Shown in pieces: positions 1 to 10,391 of a DNA stretch of 34,788 nucleotides. The translations under genes were made by a program, and so were the position numbers. This DNA is from a virus, in IMG/VR virus record IMGVR_UViG_3300002036_000002, positions 1 through 34,788 of that record, one strand, 5' to 3'. The first letter of the stretch is position 1. Every line of letters starts with the position of its first letter. Below the pieces are notes generated by a model. The model saw nothing but the letters and a program-made list of their open reading frames with translations. It had not been told where the DNA came from and searched no databases.

Positions 1-49
1 GAATTGATGCCGCAACAGAAATAGGAGATATTAATGGAGTAGAAGAGGC
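1..49. repeat. Terminal direct repeat, identical to 34740..34788. Indicates a circular or circularly permuted genome, or an assembly overlap.
   Basis: The string gaattgatgccgcaacagaaataggagatattaatggagtagaagaggc is read at both ends of the window. Confidence 0.95.
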
Positions 50-974
50 GTATTCTGAAGGGATCGAAATAGGTGCGTTCACTCCTGGAGAGGCTAAAGG
101 GGGTAAGGCAAGAGTAGCAAAATCTATAAGAGCAAAACAGGCATCCGCTACTCTGGAGGGTTGGTTAATGCAAGCAGAGGCTGATCCCGAGGGGGTTATT
201 GAGTCTCTAGAAGATTTGAGGGATAGCGGAGAAGATGGGCTAGATTTTTCGTCTAGGCTTAAAGTTGAAAGGTTTGCTCAATCTCAGAGCAAGAAACTCT
301 TAAATAGAGAATATGACGAGCTCCTGAACAAGATTTTTTCAGGAGATATTACAAATATAGAAACTCTGGAAAGCGAGGCAAGCCATAGGATTGAATCCAG
401 GCATGTTGCAGAACTTGAAAAAGTAATTAGAAAAAGCGCCGCACCCAAAGAATTTAGCGATGAGGCTATGGCAAAAAATCTTGCAGATGTTTCAAGGGTA
501 GAAAGTGGTGACTATGCAGAATATTTGAAAGTGAAACGTCAAATAGCCAATACTATGCCTCCCGGAGAGCCTAGAGCTTTTGTTTTGGGGGAGCTTGATA
601 CAGCCTGGGGCGGAGAGACGCCGACAAATGATCCCTCTTCATTAGCAATCAAAGCAGCAAAAGAAGATTTACGAATCGCTTGGGAGATAGGAGGCTTAGG
701 GGCATTTAAGCCAGAGCCTGGAAGGCGGGGTAAAAAGGAGCCTCTTCTCCCTGTCCACCGTGATGCTGCGGCAAGATTTAACCAGATGAATAGAGATCTT
801 GATCAAATGTTACGAGAGTTTTCTCAGAGAGAAGGCAGAGATCCGAGACAGTCTGAAATAAAAGATATGGTTGATACTACAATGAAAATTGGAGTGCAGG
901 GGGTAGAGTTTCATTCAGCATCTCTTTTTGGAGTTGATCCAGAAACTGAAATTTTCGATATTTTACGTGAGTGA
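1..974 (+). CDS. 3' part of an internal virion (core/ejection) protein in the T7 gp15 position. It continues from 34214..34739 across the junction, about 499 aa when joined.
   Basis: The frame starting at nt 3 is open up to the track ORF 168..974. It is the same frame as the open ORF 34214..34788 once the 49-nt overlap is removed. Position is between a gp14-like and a gp16-like gene. Confidence 0.7.
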   Translation, partial: IDAATEIGDINGVEEAYSEGIEIGAFTPGEAKGGKARVAKSIRAKQASATLEGWLMQAEADPEGVIESLEDLRDSGEDGLDFSSRLKVERFAQSQSKKLLNREYDELLNKIFSGDITNIETLESEASHRIESRHVAELEKVIRKSAAPKEFSDEAMAKNLADVSRVESGDYAEYLKVKRQIANTMPPGEPRAFVLGELDTAWGGETPTNDPSSLAIKAAKEDLRIAWEIGGLGAFKPEPGRRGKKEPLLPVHRDAAARFNQMNRDLDQMLREFSQREGRDPRQSEIKDMVDTTMKIGVQGVEFHSASLFGVDPETEIFDILRE

Positions 975-3900
975 TATAATTACAGAAGATCAGGCGTTTT
1001 CTATAGTTCAGGGATTTAAGTCTATGAGTCCTTCCGAGAAGGATTCTGCTAAAGGGGAATTAAGAAGATTTGCTACAGCTACAAGGGTGATTGGAGCCCC
1101 GCTATTTCCTCAATTACAGGAAAGGAGAAGGAAGGCTGTTCTTGCTTTGGAGAGTAGATTTTTAGATGATGACGAAACTTTCTTAGAAACTGTCCCGGAA
1201 GAGAACAGAGAAGGAGCTAGGCATATTCTTTCAAATTTAAGCCAAGAATCCCGTAGGCGTGTCGCCAATACTGAATTCCTTCAAGCGGTTACTGGTAAAC
1301 GGGGAGGATATGCTGCTCTTCGGGAGAGTGTTGGGAGGTCTCTTCTTAATATTGAGGGAGAAATAACAGATTCTAATTTTCATAATGAGGTGAAAATTTT
1401 TATGGGGAAAAGAATGGTTCGGCGGGAAATGATTGAGGGTATACCTGAGATCGCCGCAAGAGCCTCTCTTCTTTCTGGAGATGCCGCAAAAGAATTTTCA
1501 AAATGGCAATCTGAGGCAAAGTCAAACTTTGGATATGATCCAAAAGAGGATGATTTATATAGAGGAGTTTTTGAAGAGGCTTTCAAAGTTGGAAATTCAG
1601 TCTTGGAAGGCAAGAGAGACCTTGTAAGGGAAACGGTAGACGAACTAGATAAATTATTTTCTAATACTGATGATGGGGGGCCATCGGATGCTATATCAAT
1701 AGCGGATAAGGTTGCTGCTATTAGCAAAGAAGATGAGCCGATTTTTTTAGCGGCAGTTCAAGCATTTGCAAATCAACAGAGCCTTACATCTAAAGAAGAG
1801 AAAAAGTCTGTAGTAACTCAATCTGGAGAGTCTTTTTCCAGATCATTCGATAATTTACTAGCTGGTCCTACTCTCGCAATAGCAAGGATAGATGAGAAGC
1901 TTGCAGAGATTTTAGGGGATCCTGAAACGATTTCTGATAGCAAGGAAACCCGAAGAGTTTGGGAGCTTAGACAGACGTTACGAGCAATTGGGGAGGGCAG
2001 CATTGATCCTATAAGGAAAATTTTGAAAGGCGGCCCAAGGGGACTTTTAGAAAGTGCAGCATATGGCGTTTCTGGAAGTCTCCCATATACTGCCGTTGCC
2101 GCTGCTCCATATCTTGGAATCCCTACAATAGTGGCAGCAACTGGAGAGAGTAATTTCGCACAGTTGAAACTTGAAAATCCCGATGTTGATGAGAGCGCTC
2201 TTTTAAATCTATCATATGCTTCTGCGGTTCCTGAGGCTCTTCTAGAGAGAATACAAGCTAATATAATTTTCGGAAGACTACCAAAGCTTGGAGGGGCTCT
2301 AAAGAGAGGCGCACAAGCTTCTTCTAGAGGATTAGGTCTAAGGAATTCTGACGCATTACTAGCTATTGGAGCAGAGTTTACGACGGAGTCCGCCCAGAGC
2401 TTAGTCCTTCCTGTAGTTCAGGAAATAGCAACGGCTCTTAGCCAGGATATTCCTGATGTAGACTGGGAGAAAGAGAAAGAGCAGTGGGTAAAGTCTTTGC
2501 CTGAAACTTTGGCTACTGTAATCCCTCTCTCTCTAGTTGGTGTAGGCGCTGCAAATATTAGAGAAATCAATGGGGGATCACTAATAATAAGAGACATAAA
2601 ATCTCTTAGAGCTGCTGGATTATCAGAATCTCAAGCAAAGGAGGTATCAATTTCTAATAATCCACAAGATAAATTGCGAGATCTATGGGGAGAACGTTTA
2701 GGATCAGAAAAAGAAAGGATCGAAGCATCTTCTCAGATCCGAAAGGATTCAGTTGAGATCTCTAATTCATCTAGAGCTCTAGAGGATCTAGGGGTATTCC
2801 CTAAAATAACCAAAAAGAATGGAGAAGATGGCTATATAGTAGATATAGGAGATGGAGAGACAATAGAAACGCAAACCTATGCGGAGGCGTCTTCCGCAAG
2901 AGATTCTGTCTTTGATGCAAACGAACTAGCTCAAGATGAGAGCGTGATCGAGATGGTTAAATTCTTTGAGGAGAAAGCAGCTAAGGGGGAATCATTTGAA
3001 ATTAGTCAGGATTTTAAGACTTTAGAAGATCAGATATCAGAGGGAATTGTAGACGAGGCCCAAGCTTTTGAGAGGGTTAAATTGCTTGAGAAGTCTCAGG
3101 GGCAAGAATTGGGAAGTACAGATCTAAGCTCAATAGCCGTCTTGGGCAGCAATGTCACAGAGTTTAAGGATGGTGTATTCCAGAGTACAAGTAAAATTTT
3201 CAGAGGAGCCTCTGTTCTAACTGTAATTGAAGAAAAAGCAGAAGGTGACGCTAAGCGTTGGCGTGCCGAGGGAAGAGTTAGTACAGAGGATTTGTCAGGG
3301 TTAATAAAAAAATATGAAGAAGCCACGGGTGACAGAATACTTGAGAGCGAAACAGAACAAGCGGTTATCGAAGCATGGTCCGATCTCGTATCAGGATATG
3401 CGGTTGCGAGGTATAGAGACAATGCGCAGCCATTCCAAGGATTTCGTGGCGCGTTAAAGAATTTGCTTAGGGGGTATAGAACTTTCTTTGAACAAGTTTT
3501 CCGTAGGGCTGCAAAAATAAACAAGGCAAGGCGTGATGGATCTCTAGACAGTGATCTAGAAGGTCTTCTTTCGGAATCGATAGGAATCTCTCAAGAACAA
3601 CAGGTGGTCAGAGATTCCTCTGTAGAGATAGAAAGAATATTCGGAGTTTCCGAGTTTTTGAGAGATGCGTCATTTTCTATCGCCCCAGCTGATTTTTTTG
3701 AAAAAGTAGGAAAAACTCTAGACAAAAAACTTAGATCTCCTGACGAAAGGATTAAAGCATTCGAAAAGGCTAAATCTAATCTTCCTGCTGTTAAGCTTGT
3801 AAATAAAAACAAAGATTCTCAGAGAAGAGCATTTGCTTCTTTGAGGGCTATAGTTTCAGCATTCCCACCAGAGGTAAGATCTAAAATAGGAATTCCTGTT

Positions 3901-6609
3901 GGACTGTTGGACTTTAAGACAGACAAGGGTAGAATCGGCGAAATAAATAGACAAGTAGATAGAGTAGATCGAATCTTTGATGAATTCTTGCGCAAGGAAT
4001 ATTTAGATGATGTCTTAAAGATCATAAAAAAAGCGCAGCCCAAAAAAACAGAAAGCCGTAATCTTAAAGGTAAACTTGGTCAAAAAGAACAGGCCAACGC
4101 AATTCTGGCAAAAGATGTTATAGGAATAAGCGCATCAGAAGTTGATTCAATATTAGATGATATTGCAGCCAAACTCGATAAACAAGAAGAAGGAAGCATC
4201 GAGTCTATAAATCTCATAGATAAATATGATCTTATAAACACAGTTGGAGCATTATCTAGCAGGGATAGCGAACATATAAAGTATGCTAGAGATTGGCTCG
4301 ATTCTAAATTTGGAAAGGCTAGACAAAGGCGTAAAATTTTGGAAGAGGCTAGAGCCTCAGAATTAAACATAAAGTCATCAGAGTTGCAGGAAGCAACAGG
4401 CAAAAAGGGAGCAGATCAGAATGATGCTAAGCGTGACGGTAAGCTTAAATGGTTTGGTAATTTTCTAACTGTTCAGCAATTAGATTTTCCTCAATTTCTT
4501 GAAAGAACATTCCCTGGTTCCAATTCTGCAATTTCTGATGGCGAAAGAGCTCAGAATCTTATAGGAAAATATGAGCAATCTATGATAGATCATAGAAAGG
4601 GGTTCGTATCAGCCGTTTCCGATATATTTAAAATAAAAGGGGAGAGGGCCGCCATGAATAAGATGGCAGAATTCATGACCCCTGAAAATAATACTGGGAT
4701 TTTCTATTATAAAGGAGGACAGAAAAAAGAATCTATACCAATAGATAAGGTAGAGGGAATAATATCTCCATTCACAGATGATGCAAAAACTTTAGGGTTC
4801 AATAAATCTGAGGTTGAGATAATAAGATCCGCATGGTCAGATCACCAAAAGAAAATCGCTTCTAGAATTAACAAAGATGGATCTCAGGCCATAGACACGA
4901 CTAAGTCATTAAGTGTAGATTTTAATACTACGAGGAAAATAGAAGAACAATCTATGAGCAAAATGGAAGCTCTTATGGATTGGCTTTTCATAGATCAGCC
5001 CGGAAACCAAGAGAACCAAGCTGCAAGAGGGTTCCCAGAAGAATCCAAGGAGCAAATAGAAAAGTTCATTGGAGATGACCTTATAAAGGTTGGGGAATAT
5101 ATGAAGGGTGTTTTAGGGAAAATGCAACCTGAAATTTCAAAAGTTCACGCTAATATAAATGGCATAGGACTTCCTAATCTTCCAAATTATTTCCCCAACG
5201 TTATGGATGTTTCTTCTAACGGAGAAGCAAATTTATTAGATCCATTTAACCCAAATTATGGAATAGGATCAAAAAATCCAGGAGCACTAAAAAGCCGCAT
5301 AAAAAACGGAGCTCGTCCAAAGAGGGTCAGCGCAATGCATGTGTTTTTTGGGCATGTCCAACAAATGGAGCATTACAAAACGTTTTCAGAATTCACTAGA
5401 GATATGAAAGCAGCCTATGGCAGAGTAGAAACTCGTCATGCTGTAGAGGCTAAATTTGGATCTAACCATGCTGATCTTTTGTCAAGATGGATTACTATTA
5501 TTGAAAATGGAGGGGTTCTAAACTTAGAGGCTGCTATTGAGGATGCAAGGTATTTAAGATGGATTCATAAAAACCTTGCAGGCGGAATTCTTGCTTTTAG
5601 AGCATCTTCCCTGATGGTTCAATGGACGAATGTCCTATCTACATTGCAAGAGGTTCCGTTAAAATCTTGGGCGAAGGCGGCTATTAGGCTTTCCGTTAAT
5701 CCTTCAAAAATGAAGTCCGCAATATCAAGGGCTTGGAATTCTGATATTATAACGAGGCGTCGTGAGCAAGGAGGATCCCCAGAGCTTAGAACTGTTCTGT
5801 CTGCAAGGCCTCAAAAAACAGGCCTGTCTTCCAAATTTGTCCAAGCGGGTCTAGAGCTTCTGAATACAACAGATGCTGGATTTCTAAGTATTTCTGGAGC
5901 AATAGCTTATGAAGCGAATCTTTCTGCTGCTAAAAAACAGGGGTTAAGCGATCCAGAGGCCGTTAGATTTGCTGAGGAAGAGACGGAGCGTAATCTCCAA
6001 AAAACAGCACAACCAACGGATTTTATTAATAAGGGTCTAGCAGAAAATTCCGCTTCTGCGCCTATACGTCTTTTTGCGTATATGTTCATCTCAGATCCTA
6101 GGCGTAAATATGCTAACGCCCAACAAGCATTGGTTAATGCAATAAATGGGGTAGACCGGGAAAAAGCACTTAGAGTAATCCCTCTTCTAATTCTTGTGTT
6201 GCCCACTATGGAATGGGCAACTAGAGCACTTGCCTCCATGATATTTAAAGGTGAAGATGAAGAGGAAGCCTTTGATCCTAAAGAGCTTGCAGCTTCTCTA
6301 ATGACTAACCAATTAAATGGAATCCCGATAGCTGGTCATATGGTTCAAGCTGTCTCTAGATCGGCAATGGGATTAATAAATTTTGGGGACAACCCTATAC
6401 AAGCGCCTCTCAAAGGATTATCAGGAACTATTAATAATTCAATAGACGGATTGGAAGCTGCAAGAGAAGGGGATATGGAGGAGGCGGTTGAAGAATTCTC
6501 TAGAGCTTTGAGGGATGCTGGAAAATTTTATGCCCCCCTAGGAGCATTATCAAATATAGTCACTCAATCATTCGGTGTGTCTAAATTTCTAGATGAAGAT
6601 CAGGAATAA
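928..6609 (+). CDS. Giant internal virion / DNA-ejection protein (T7 gp16 position), 1893 aa.
   Basis: Single uninterrupted ORF located after the gp14/gp15-like genes and before the tail fibre. It has hydrophobic segments near the C-terminus (e.g. LRVIPLLILVLPTMEW). The true start is uncertain: ATG 928, GTG 967 (overlapping the upstream TGA as GTGAGTGA) or ATG 1024. Confidence 0.65.
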   Translation: MELIQKLKFSIFYVSDIITEDQAFSIVQGFKSMSPSEKDSAKGELRRFATATRVIGAPLFPQLQERRRKAVLALESRFLDDDETFLETVPEENREGARHILSNLSQESRRRVANTEFLQAVTGKRGGYAALRESVGRSLLNIEGEITDSNFHNEVKIFMGKRMVRREMIEGIPEIAARASLLSGDAAKEFSKWQSEAKSNFGYDPKEDDLYRGVFEEAFKVGNSVLEGKRDLVRETVDELDKLFSNTDDGGPSDAISIADKVAAISKEDEPIFLAAVQAFANQQSLTSKEEKKSVVTQSGESFSRSFDNLLAGPTLAIARIDEKLAEILGDPETISDSKETRRVWELRQTLRAIGEGSIDPIRKILKGGPRGLLESAAYGVSGSLPYTAVAAAPYLGIPTIVAATGESNFAQLKLENPDVDESALLNLSYASAVPEALLERIQANIIFGRLPKLGGALKRGAQASSRGLGLRNSDALLAIGAEFTTESAQSLVLPVVQEIATALSQDIPDVDWEKEKEQWVKSLPETLATVIPLSLVGVGAANIREINGGSLIIRDIKSLRAAGLSESQAKEVSISNNPQDKLRDLWGERLGSEKERIEASSQIRKDSVEISNSSRALEDLGVFPKITKKNGEDGYIVDIGDGETIETQTYAEASSARDSVFDANELAQDESVIEMVKFFEEKAAKGESFEISQDFKTLEDQISEGIVDEAQAFERVKLLEKSQGQELGSTDLSSIAVLGSNVTEFKDGVFQSTSKIFRGASVLTVIEEKAEGDAKRWRAEGRVSTEDLSGLIKKYEEATGDRILESETEQAVIEAWSDLVSGYAVARYRDNAQPFQGFRGALKNLLRGYRTFFEQVFRRAAKINKARRDGSLDSDLEGLLSESIGISQEQQVVRDSSVEIERIFGVSEFLRDASFSIAPADFFEKVGKTLDKKLRSPDERIKAFEKAKSNLPAVKLVNKNKDSQRRAFASLRAIVSAFPPEVRSKIGIPVGLLDFKTDKGRIGEINRQVDRVDRIFDEFLRKEYLDDVLKIIKKAQPKKTESRNLKGKLGQKEQANAILAKDVIGISASEVDSILDDIAAKLDKQEEGSIESINLIDKYDLINTVGALSSRDSEHIKYARDWLDSKFGKARQRRKILEEARASELNIKSSELQEATGKKGADQNDAKRDGKLKWFGNFLTVQQLDFPQFLERTFPGSNSAISDGERAQNLIGKYEQSMIDHRKGFVSAVSDIFKIKGERAAMNKMAEFMTPENNTGIFYYKGGQKKESIPIDKVEGIISPFTDDAKTLGFNKSEVEIIRSAWSDHQKKIASRINKDGSQAIDTTKSLSVDFNTTRKIEEQSMSKMEALMDWLFIDQPGNQENQAARGFPEESKEQIEKFIGDDLIKVGEYMKGVLGKMQPEISKVHANINGIGLPNLPNYFPNVMDVSSNGEANLLDPFNPNYGIGSKNPGALKSRIKNGARPKRVSAMHVFFGHVQQMEHYKTFSEFTRDMKAAYGRVETRHAVEAKFGSNHADLLSRWITIIENGGVLNLEAAIEDARYLRWIHKNLAGGILAFRASSLMVQWTNVLSTLQEVPLKSWAKAAIRLSVNPSKMKSAISRAWNSDIITRRREQGGSPELRTVLSARPQKTGLSSKFVQAGLELLNTTDAGFLSISGAIAYEANLSAAKKQGLSDPEAVRFAEEETERNLQKTAQPTDFINKGLAENSASAPIRLFAYMFISDPRRKYANAQQALVNAINGVDREKALRVIPLLILVLPTMEWATRALASMIFKGEDEEEAFDPKELAASLMTNQLNGIPIAGHMVQAVSRSAMGLINFGDNPIQAPLKGLSGTINNSIDGLEAAREGDMEEAVEEFSRALRDAGKFYAPLGALSNIVTQSFGVSKFLDEDQE

Positions 6610-6659
6610 TAAATGATGCTTGAACAAAAAGAATTTTTTAATTAAATTGATTAGGTAAA

Positions 6660-9600
6660 ATGTCATTTGAAACTACACAAAATTCCAGGCTATACACCCT
6701 ACAGACAGGTAGCGGAGAACAGCTTCCATTCCCCATACCTATTATAGATTCTGGGAATATTTCGGCATTAAGGAACGGGACAGAAATGTCTCCTGGCTTA
6801 GACTTTTCTGTTACAGTTACTGAGGGATCTATTGGGGCTGTAGTAAATATGATGGTTGGATCTCCCGGAGATGAGATTCTTATACGTAGAGTTGTCCCGG
6901 TTACTCAGGAGGAGAGATATCAAGAAGAGGGAACTTTCCCGTCAGAGACAACAGAAAGGGCTTTGGATAAGCTGACAATGATTGACCAGCAACAAGATGA
7001 GGATTTATCCAGATCTATAAAGGTCCCAATTGGAGATGCTAGCCCAGAGTTTCCCGTATCCTCTGAAAGGGCTGGAAAATATTGGAGATTTGACGATACG
7101 ACTGGAGAAACCAGACTTTTCGATAGAGACCAAGTGTCTGCTGACATAGGAAACGCATTGCCCCCTTCTCAATCTGACAGGCCGACAGATTTGTTTGTTG
7201 ATCCCCAGGGGAGATCTCAGGTAGAGCCTGCCTTTAAAGGGAAGGTGGGAGTTGATCTAGACGCTATAGATGACAATAGCCCTATGAGATCGATAACTGT
7301 ATCCAATGGACAAAATATAGGAAATCAGACTCAAACCCTTAAAGAGGAAGCAGACAGCCTCTACCTTCCCCCTGTAGAAAATGCCGAGGTTTCATTGTCC
7401 GAACAGCTTTCATCGCTGTCTGATGTTCCAAGAGAACCTCTAGTAGAGTATTCCGGCAAAGGGGGATTGGCATCTATAAAAGGTCTTGTAGAAGCTGTAA
7501 ACGTTGTAGAGAATGAAGATGGCAGTTTGCAATTTAGAGGGGATTCATATCTTGTTTTTGAGGATGATCTATTTCCAGTATGCTTTTCTCAAGGGCTTAT
7601 ATTCAATGCTGATTTGGATGTAGTAATAACCAATTCTGCACAGGGTCTTGTTGGCTGTTCTTCTTCAACCGATACCACTAGAGCCGAAATAATAATAGGA
7701 GGAAGAGTGAACGATGCAAACGACGATCGGGCAAATTCAGACAGAGAACTATCTTATTACGTTAGAGGAACTACAAACCTCATTTCGGATCATGGATGGA
7801 GGTGGCCTTCTGCAATAAATACTGGAAGGCAAACGTTAAATTTAACTGTTCGATCTAATTTTGATCCTGCTGAAACGGGCAGTCCACTTTCTTCCCTACA
7901 GGTAGATGGGAATACTGTTCCTGGACAGGTTCTTTTGTCTGGTTCAGTATATGGGATAAGGAGAATTCCTGACAGAAGGTTTTATATTGGGATGGCATCA
8001 GATGGAGGGGTTCCTACCTCTGGAACTGGATTTGTTGGTAGAATATATTCTTTCAGAATTGATAATTCAATTGATCTGAGAGCTAGCAGGACAACGAGCT
8101 TAATCGCTGGAAGAGAAGGAACCACATTCCCGGCATATGGTCTTCCTACTATTGATTGTAATAATGACGATAATGTCATAATTGCAATGCAAAGAAAAAA
8201 TACTAGTCTTGGTGACAGCGGAAGAATAACTGCCGTTCTTACTACAGCCTCTAACCCGGGAGGAGCATTTGGAGATCTAGTGATTTTAGCAGATGACCCT
8301 TTATATGGGTACCAAAATTTTGCTACTTGGTGGAGCGTTGACAGGTGGAAAATTCTAATGTCTCGTTGGGGTTCAGGAGAAGATGAGGGAACATACAGGG
8401 AAAATACTCATACAGTTCCTTTAGAATTTCATCTTGCGGAAGTTTCAAAATCTGGGGAAATTTTGGTTCCTCCACAAAGAATCCCCTCTCTTGATCAAGT
8501 AAATCATCCTGGCCAATTTATAATCCCTAGCCCATCAAGAGCAATAAAGTTAAAAAATGGCCCTAATGCTGGCAGGGTAGTAGCGGCTTGTTGGGGTTAT
8601 GCATCATCTTCTATTTCTTCTGATCAAGTTGTATTGGTGTATTCTGATGATGATGGAGCCACTTGGGATTTCAGCACTCCTACAGGGGGATCTAGTCGCG
8701 TAAATGAATCTTCTATTTGTGAGCTTTCGGATGGGACTATATTTGTTTCTTCCAGGGGGTCTACATCAGGAGAGAGGAGAATAATGCTTTCGGCAGACGG
8801 CGGAGAAACATTAACTCCTCCCGATAGAAGGTGGGGAATAAGGGGGCCGGTCGTCCATCAGGGGATATGTAGAATAGGAACAAAAATTTACATGTCGTCT
8901 CCTCCTTTTCCAGAGGTTAATAATTCTGGAGGCAATGGAAGAGACGCAATTTCTGTTCGGGAACTGAATATTTCAAGCACTTCTGGAATTTCCTCTGTAG
9001 TCGAGCCGGGTCAAATATTTATTCTTCCTGGCCTTAGAGATAATTTGTGCGCATATTCAAATCTTGCGGAAACTTCTGATGGCAATATATGCTTTGTATC
9101 AGAACATGACAATGGTAACAAAGGATTTTTCTTTGATTTCCGACAGTCTGTAAGCTTTGCAGTATTATCTAATTCTAAACCTCCTGTATCACAGGCTACA
9201 TTCAATTCTACTCCAGCACCAATTCCATCTGGGGCATTCATTGGTGATCTTGCTAACGGGACAAATGATCCCGGGAATCTTGTTAGAACTTGGGTTCAGG
9301 CAGGGGCTATTCAAGAGAATTCTGGAACCTTGGAAAATTCTCTTAATGTTCCCATAGACCTGATAATGTCTGGCGGTAATGAAACAACTGCTGCAACTTT
9401 TTTAGGATCTGGTATAATATCCGGGGGATCGGGAGATTTTGGCCTTATCTATCGAGGCACTTGGTCTAGTACAAATGCTCAGGTTCCTAATCAATTTGAT
9501 TATGCAATCATTGTTGTTGCAGAGCTATCGAAAAGACTTTCGATACATGTCCAAAATGGAAATGGTAGTAGCTCAACTCCAGGCCTCAGCCTGTTTACAA

Positions 9601-9941
9601 CAGGTGATGGTAGGTTAATAGCTAGGGGAGCTGTTGGTTCTGAAAGGTTTGCAAAACATCTGCCCTCTTTTACAAATGGCCTTTCTGTTATAAGACTGGA
9701 GATTGATACAAGCGCTGGAACTATATCTGGAGCTCTTAATGGATCTACATCAGGATGGCTAGATGGTGCTGGTGACTCCTCTGTTACAACAGATTCTTAC
9801 ACTCCTAATAGCAATATTATAAGAACTGGAGGATTCGTTATAACGGATATATTAGAAATGGTAGCATTAAAGGCACAATCAACTTCACAGCGAGATTTTG
9901 TAGAATCAGAGCTAATGACTAGACACGGGATAACGCCATGA
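6660..9941 (+). CDS. Tail fibre/tailspike: T7 gp17-like N-terminal adaptor, jelly-roll (LamG-like) regions and a sialidase-like BNR beta-propeller.
   Basis: The N-terminus (YTLQTGSGEQLPFPIPI...ILIRRVVPVTQEE...ALDKLTMIDQQQDE) follows the T7 tail-fibre N-domain pattern. RIP motifs: GIRRIPD and PQRIPSL. Asp-boxes: SDDDGATW (perfect SxDxGxTW) and SADGGETL. Position is directly after the internal core genes. Confidence 0.8.
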   Translation: MSFETTQNSRLYTLQTGSGEQLPFPIPIIDSGNISALRNGTEMSPGLDFSVTVTEGSIGAVVNMMVGSPGDEILIRRVVPVTQEERYQEEGTFPSETTERALDKLTMIDQQQDEDLSRSIKVPIGDASPEFPVSSERAGKYWRFDDTTGETRLFDRDQVSADIGNALPPSQSDRPTDLFVDPQGRSQVEPAFKGKVGVDLDAIDDNSPMRSITVSNGQNIGNQTQTLKEEADSLYLPPVENAEVSLSEQLSSLSDVPREPLVEYSGKGGLASIKGLVEAVNVVENEDGSLQFRGDSYLVFEDDLFPVCFSQGLIFNADLDVVITNSAQGLVGCSSSTDTTRAEIIIGGRVNDANDDRANSDRELSYYVRGTTNLISDHGWRWPSAINTGRQTLNLTVRSNFDPAETGSPLSSLQVDGNTVPGQVLLSGSVYGIRRIPDRRFYIGMASDGGVPTSGTGFVGRIYSFRIDNSIDLRASRTTSLIAGREGTTFPAYGLPTIDCNNDDNVIIAMQRKNTSLGDSGRITAVLTTASNPGGAFGDLVILADDPLYGYQNFATWWSVDRWKILMSRWGSGEDEGTYRENTHTVPLEFHLAEVSKSGEILVPPQRIPSLDQVNHPGQFIIPSPSRAIKLKNGPNAGRVVAACWGYASSSISSDQVVLVYSDDDGATWDFSTPTGGSSRVNESSICELSDGTIFVSSRGSTSGERRIMLSADGGETLTPPDRRWGIRGPVVHQGICRIGTKIYMSSPPFPEVNNSGGNGRDAISVRELNISSTSGISSVVEPGQIFILPGLRDNLCAYSNLAETSDGNICFVSEHDNGNKGFFFDFRQSVSFAVLSNSKPPVSQATFNSTPAPIPSGAFIGDLANGTNDPGNLVRTWVQAGAIQENSGTLENSLNVPIDLIMSGGNETTAATFLGSGIISGGSGDFGLIYRGTWSSTNAQVPNQFDYAIIVVAELSKRLSIHVQNGNGSSSTPGLSLFTTGDGRLIARGAVGSERFAKHLPSFTNGLSVIRLEIDTSAGTISGALNGSTSGWLDGAGDSSVTTDSYTPNSNIIRTGGFVITDILEMVALKAQSTSQRDFVESELMTRHGITP

Positions 9942-10324
9942 AAATAATTTTTATTATAGCTCCATTTATTTTATGTTCTTGCTTCACTACCTTTAGCCAG
10001 GATGCACAAGGTCTTATAACTTATAGAACTACATCAGACGGCGGAGGGTTTCGAAAGGTTTCTCCTGATGGTTCTATTACAGAAGTTTGGGGAGGAAATA
10101 ATTCGAGAGGACAGCAGGAAGCTCGGAAAGCGTTGCTTGGAGCTATAACGCGTGTGGAGCTCGGTAAAACTGTTAGGGCAATTAGCGCGGATGATGTTTC
10201 AAAAATAGAATCTGGCGCAGAGGTGACACGATCTACAAACCTTAGAGAGCTTAGCAACGAAGTCGAAATAAGACAAATAGACGCGAATCAAGCAATAGCA
10301 ACAGAGGTTATCAATGCGCCGTAG
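9938..10324 (+). CDS. Small secreted protein or lipoprotein.
   Basis: N-terminus MKIIFIIAPFILCSCF looks like a signal peptide with a lipobox-like L-C-S-C. ATGA start/stop overlap with the tail fibre gene. Confidence 0.5.
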   Translation: MKIIFIIAPFILCSCFTTFSQDAQGLITYRTTSDGGGFRKVSPDGSITEVWGGNNSRGQQEARKALLGAITRVELGKTVRAISADDVSKIESGAEVTRSTNLRELSNEVEIRQIDANQAIATEVINAP

Positions 10325-10391
10325 AAATCACATGGTCAGAGCCCGAATTAATAGGGGTCGCCGTAAAATAAAACTGAAAAGAAAATATACA

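Noticed and set aside
1380-1727. Minus-strand ORFs throughout the track (for example 1380..1727, 3096..3524, 18120..18641, 20395..20829 and 31242..31817).
   Set aside because: Every one lies antisense inside a long, well-supported + strand gene. They have Ser/Leu-rich, low-information translations and no independent start context or motif. They are typical shadow ORFs.
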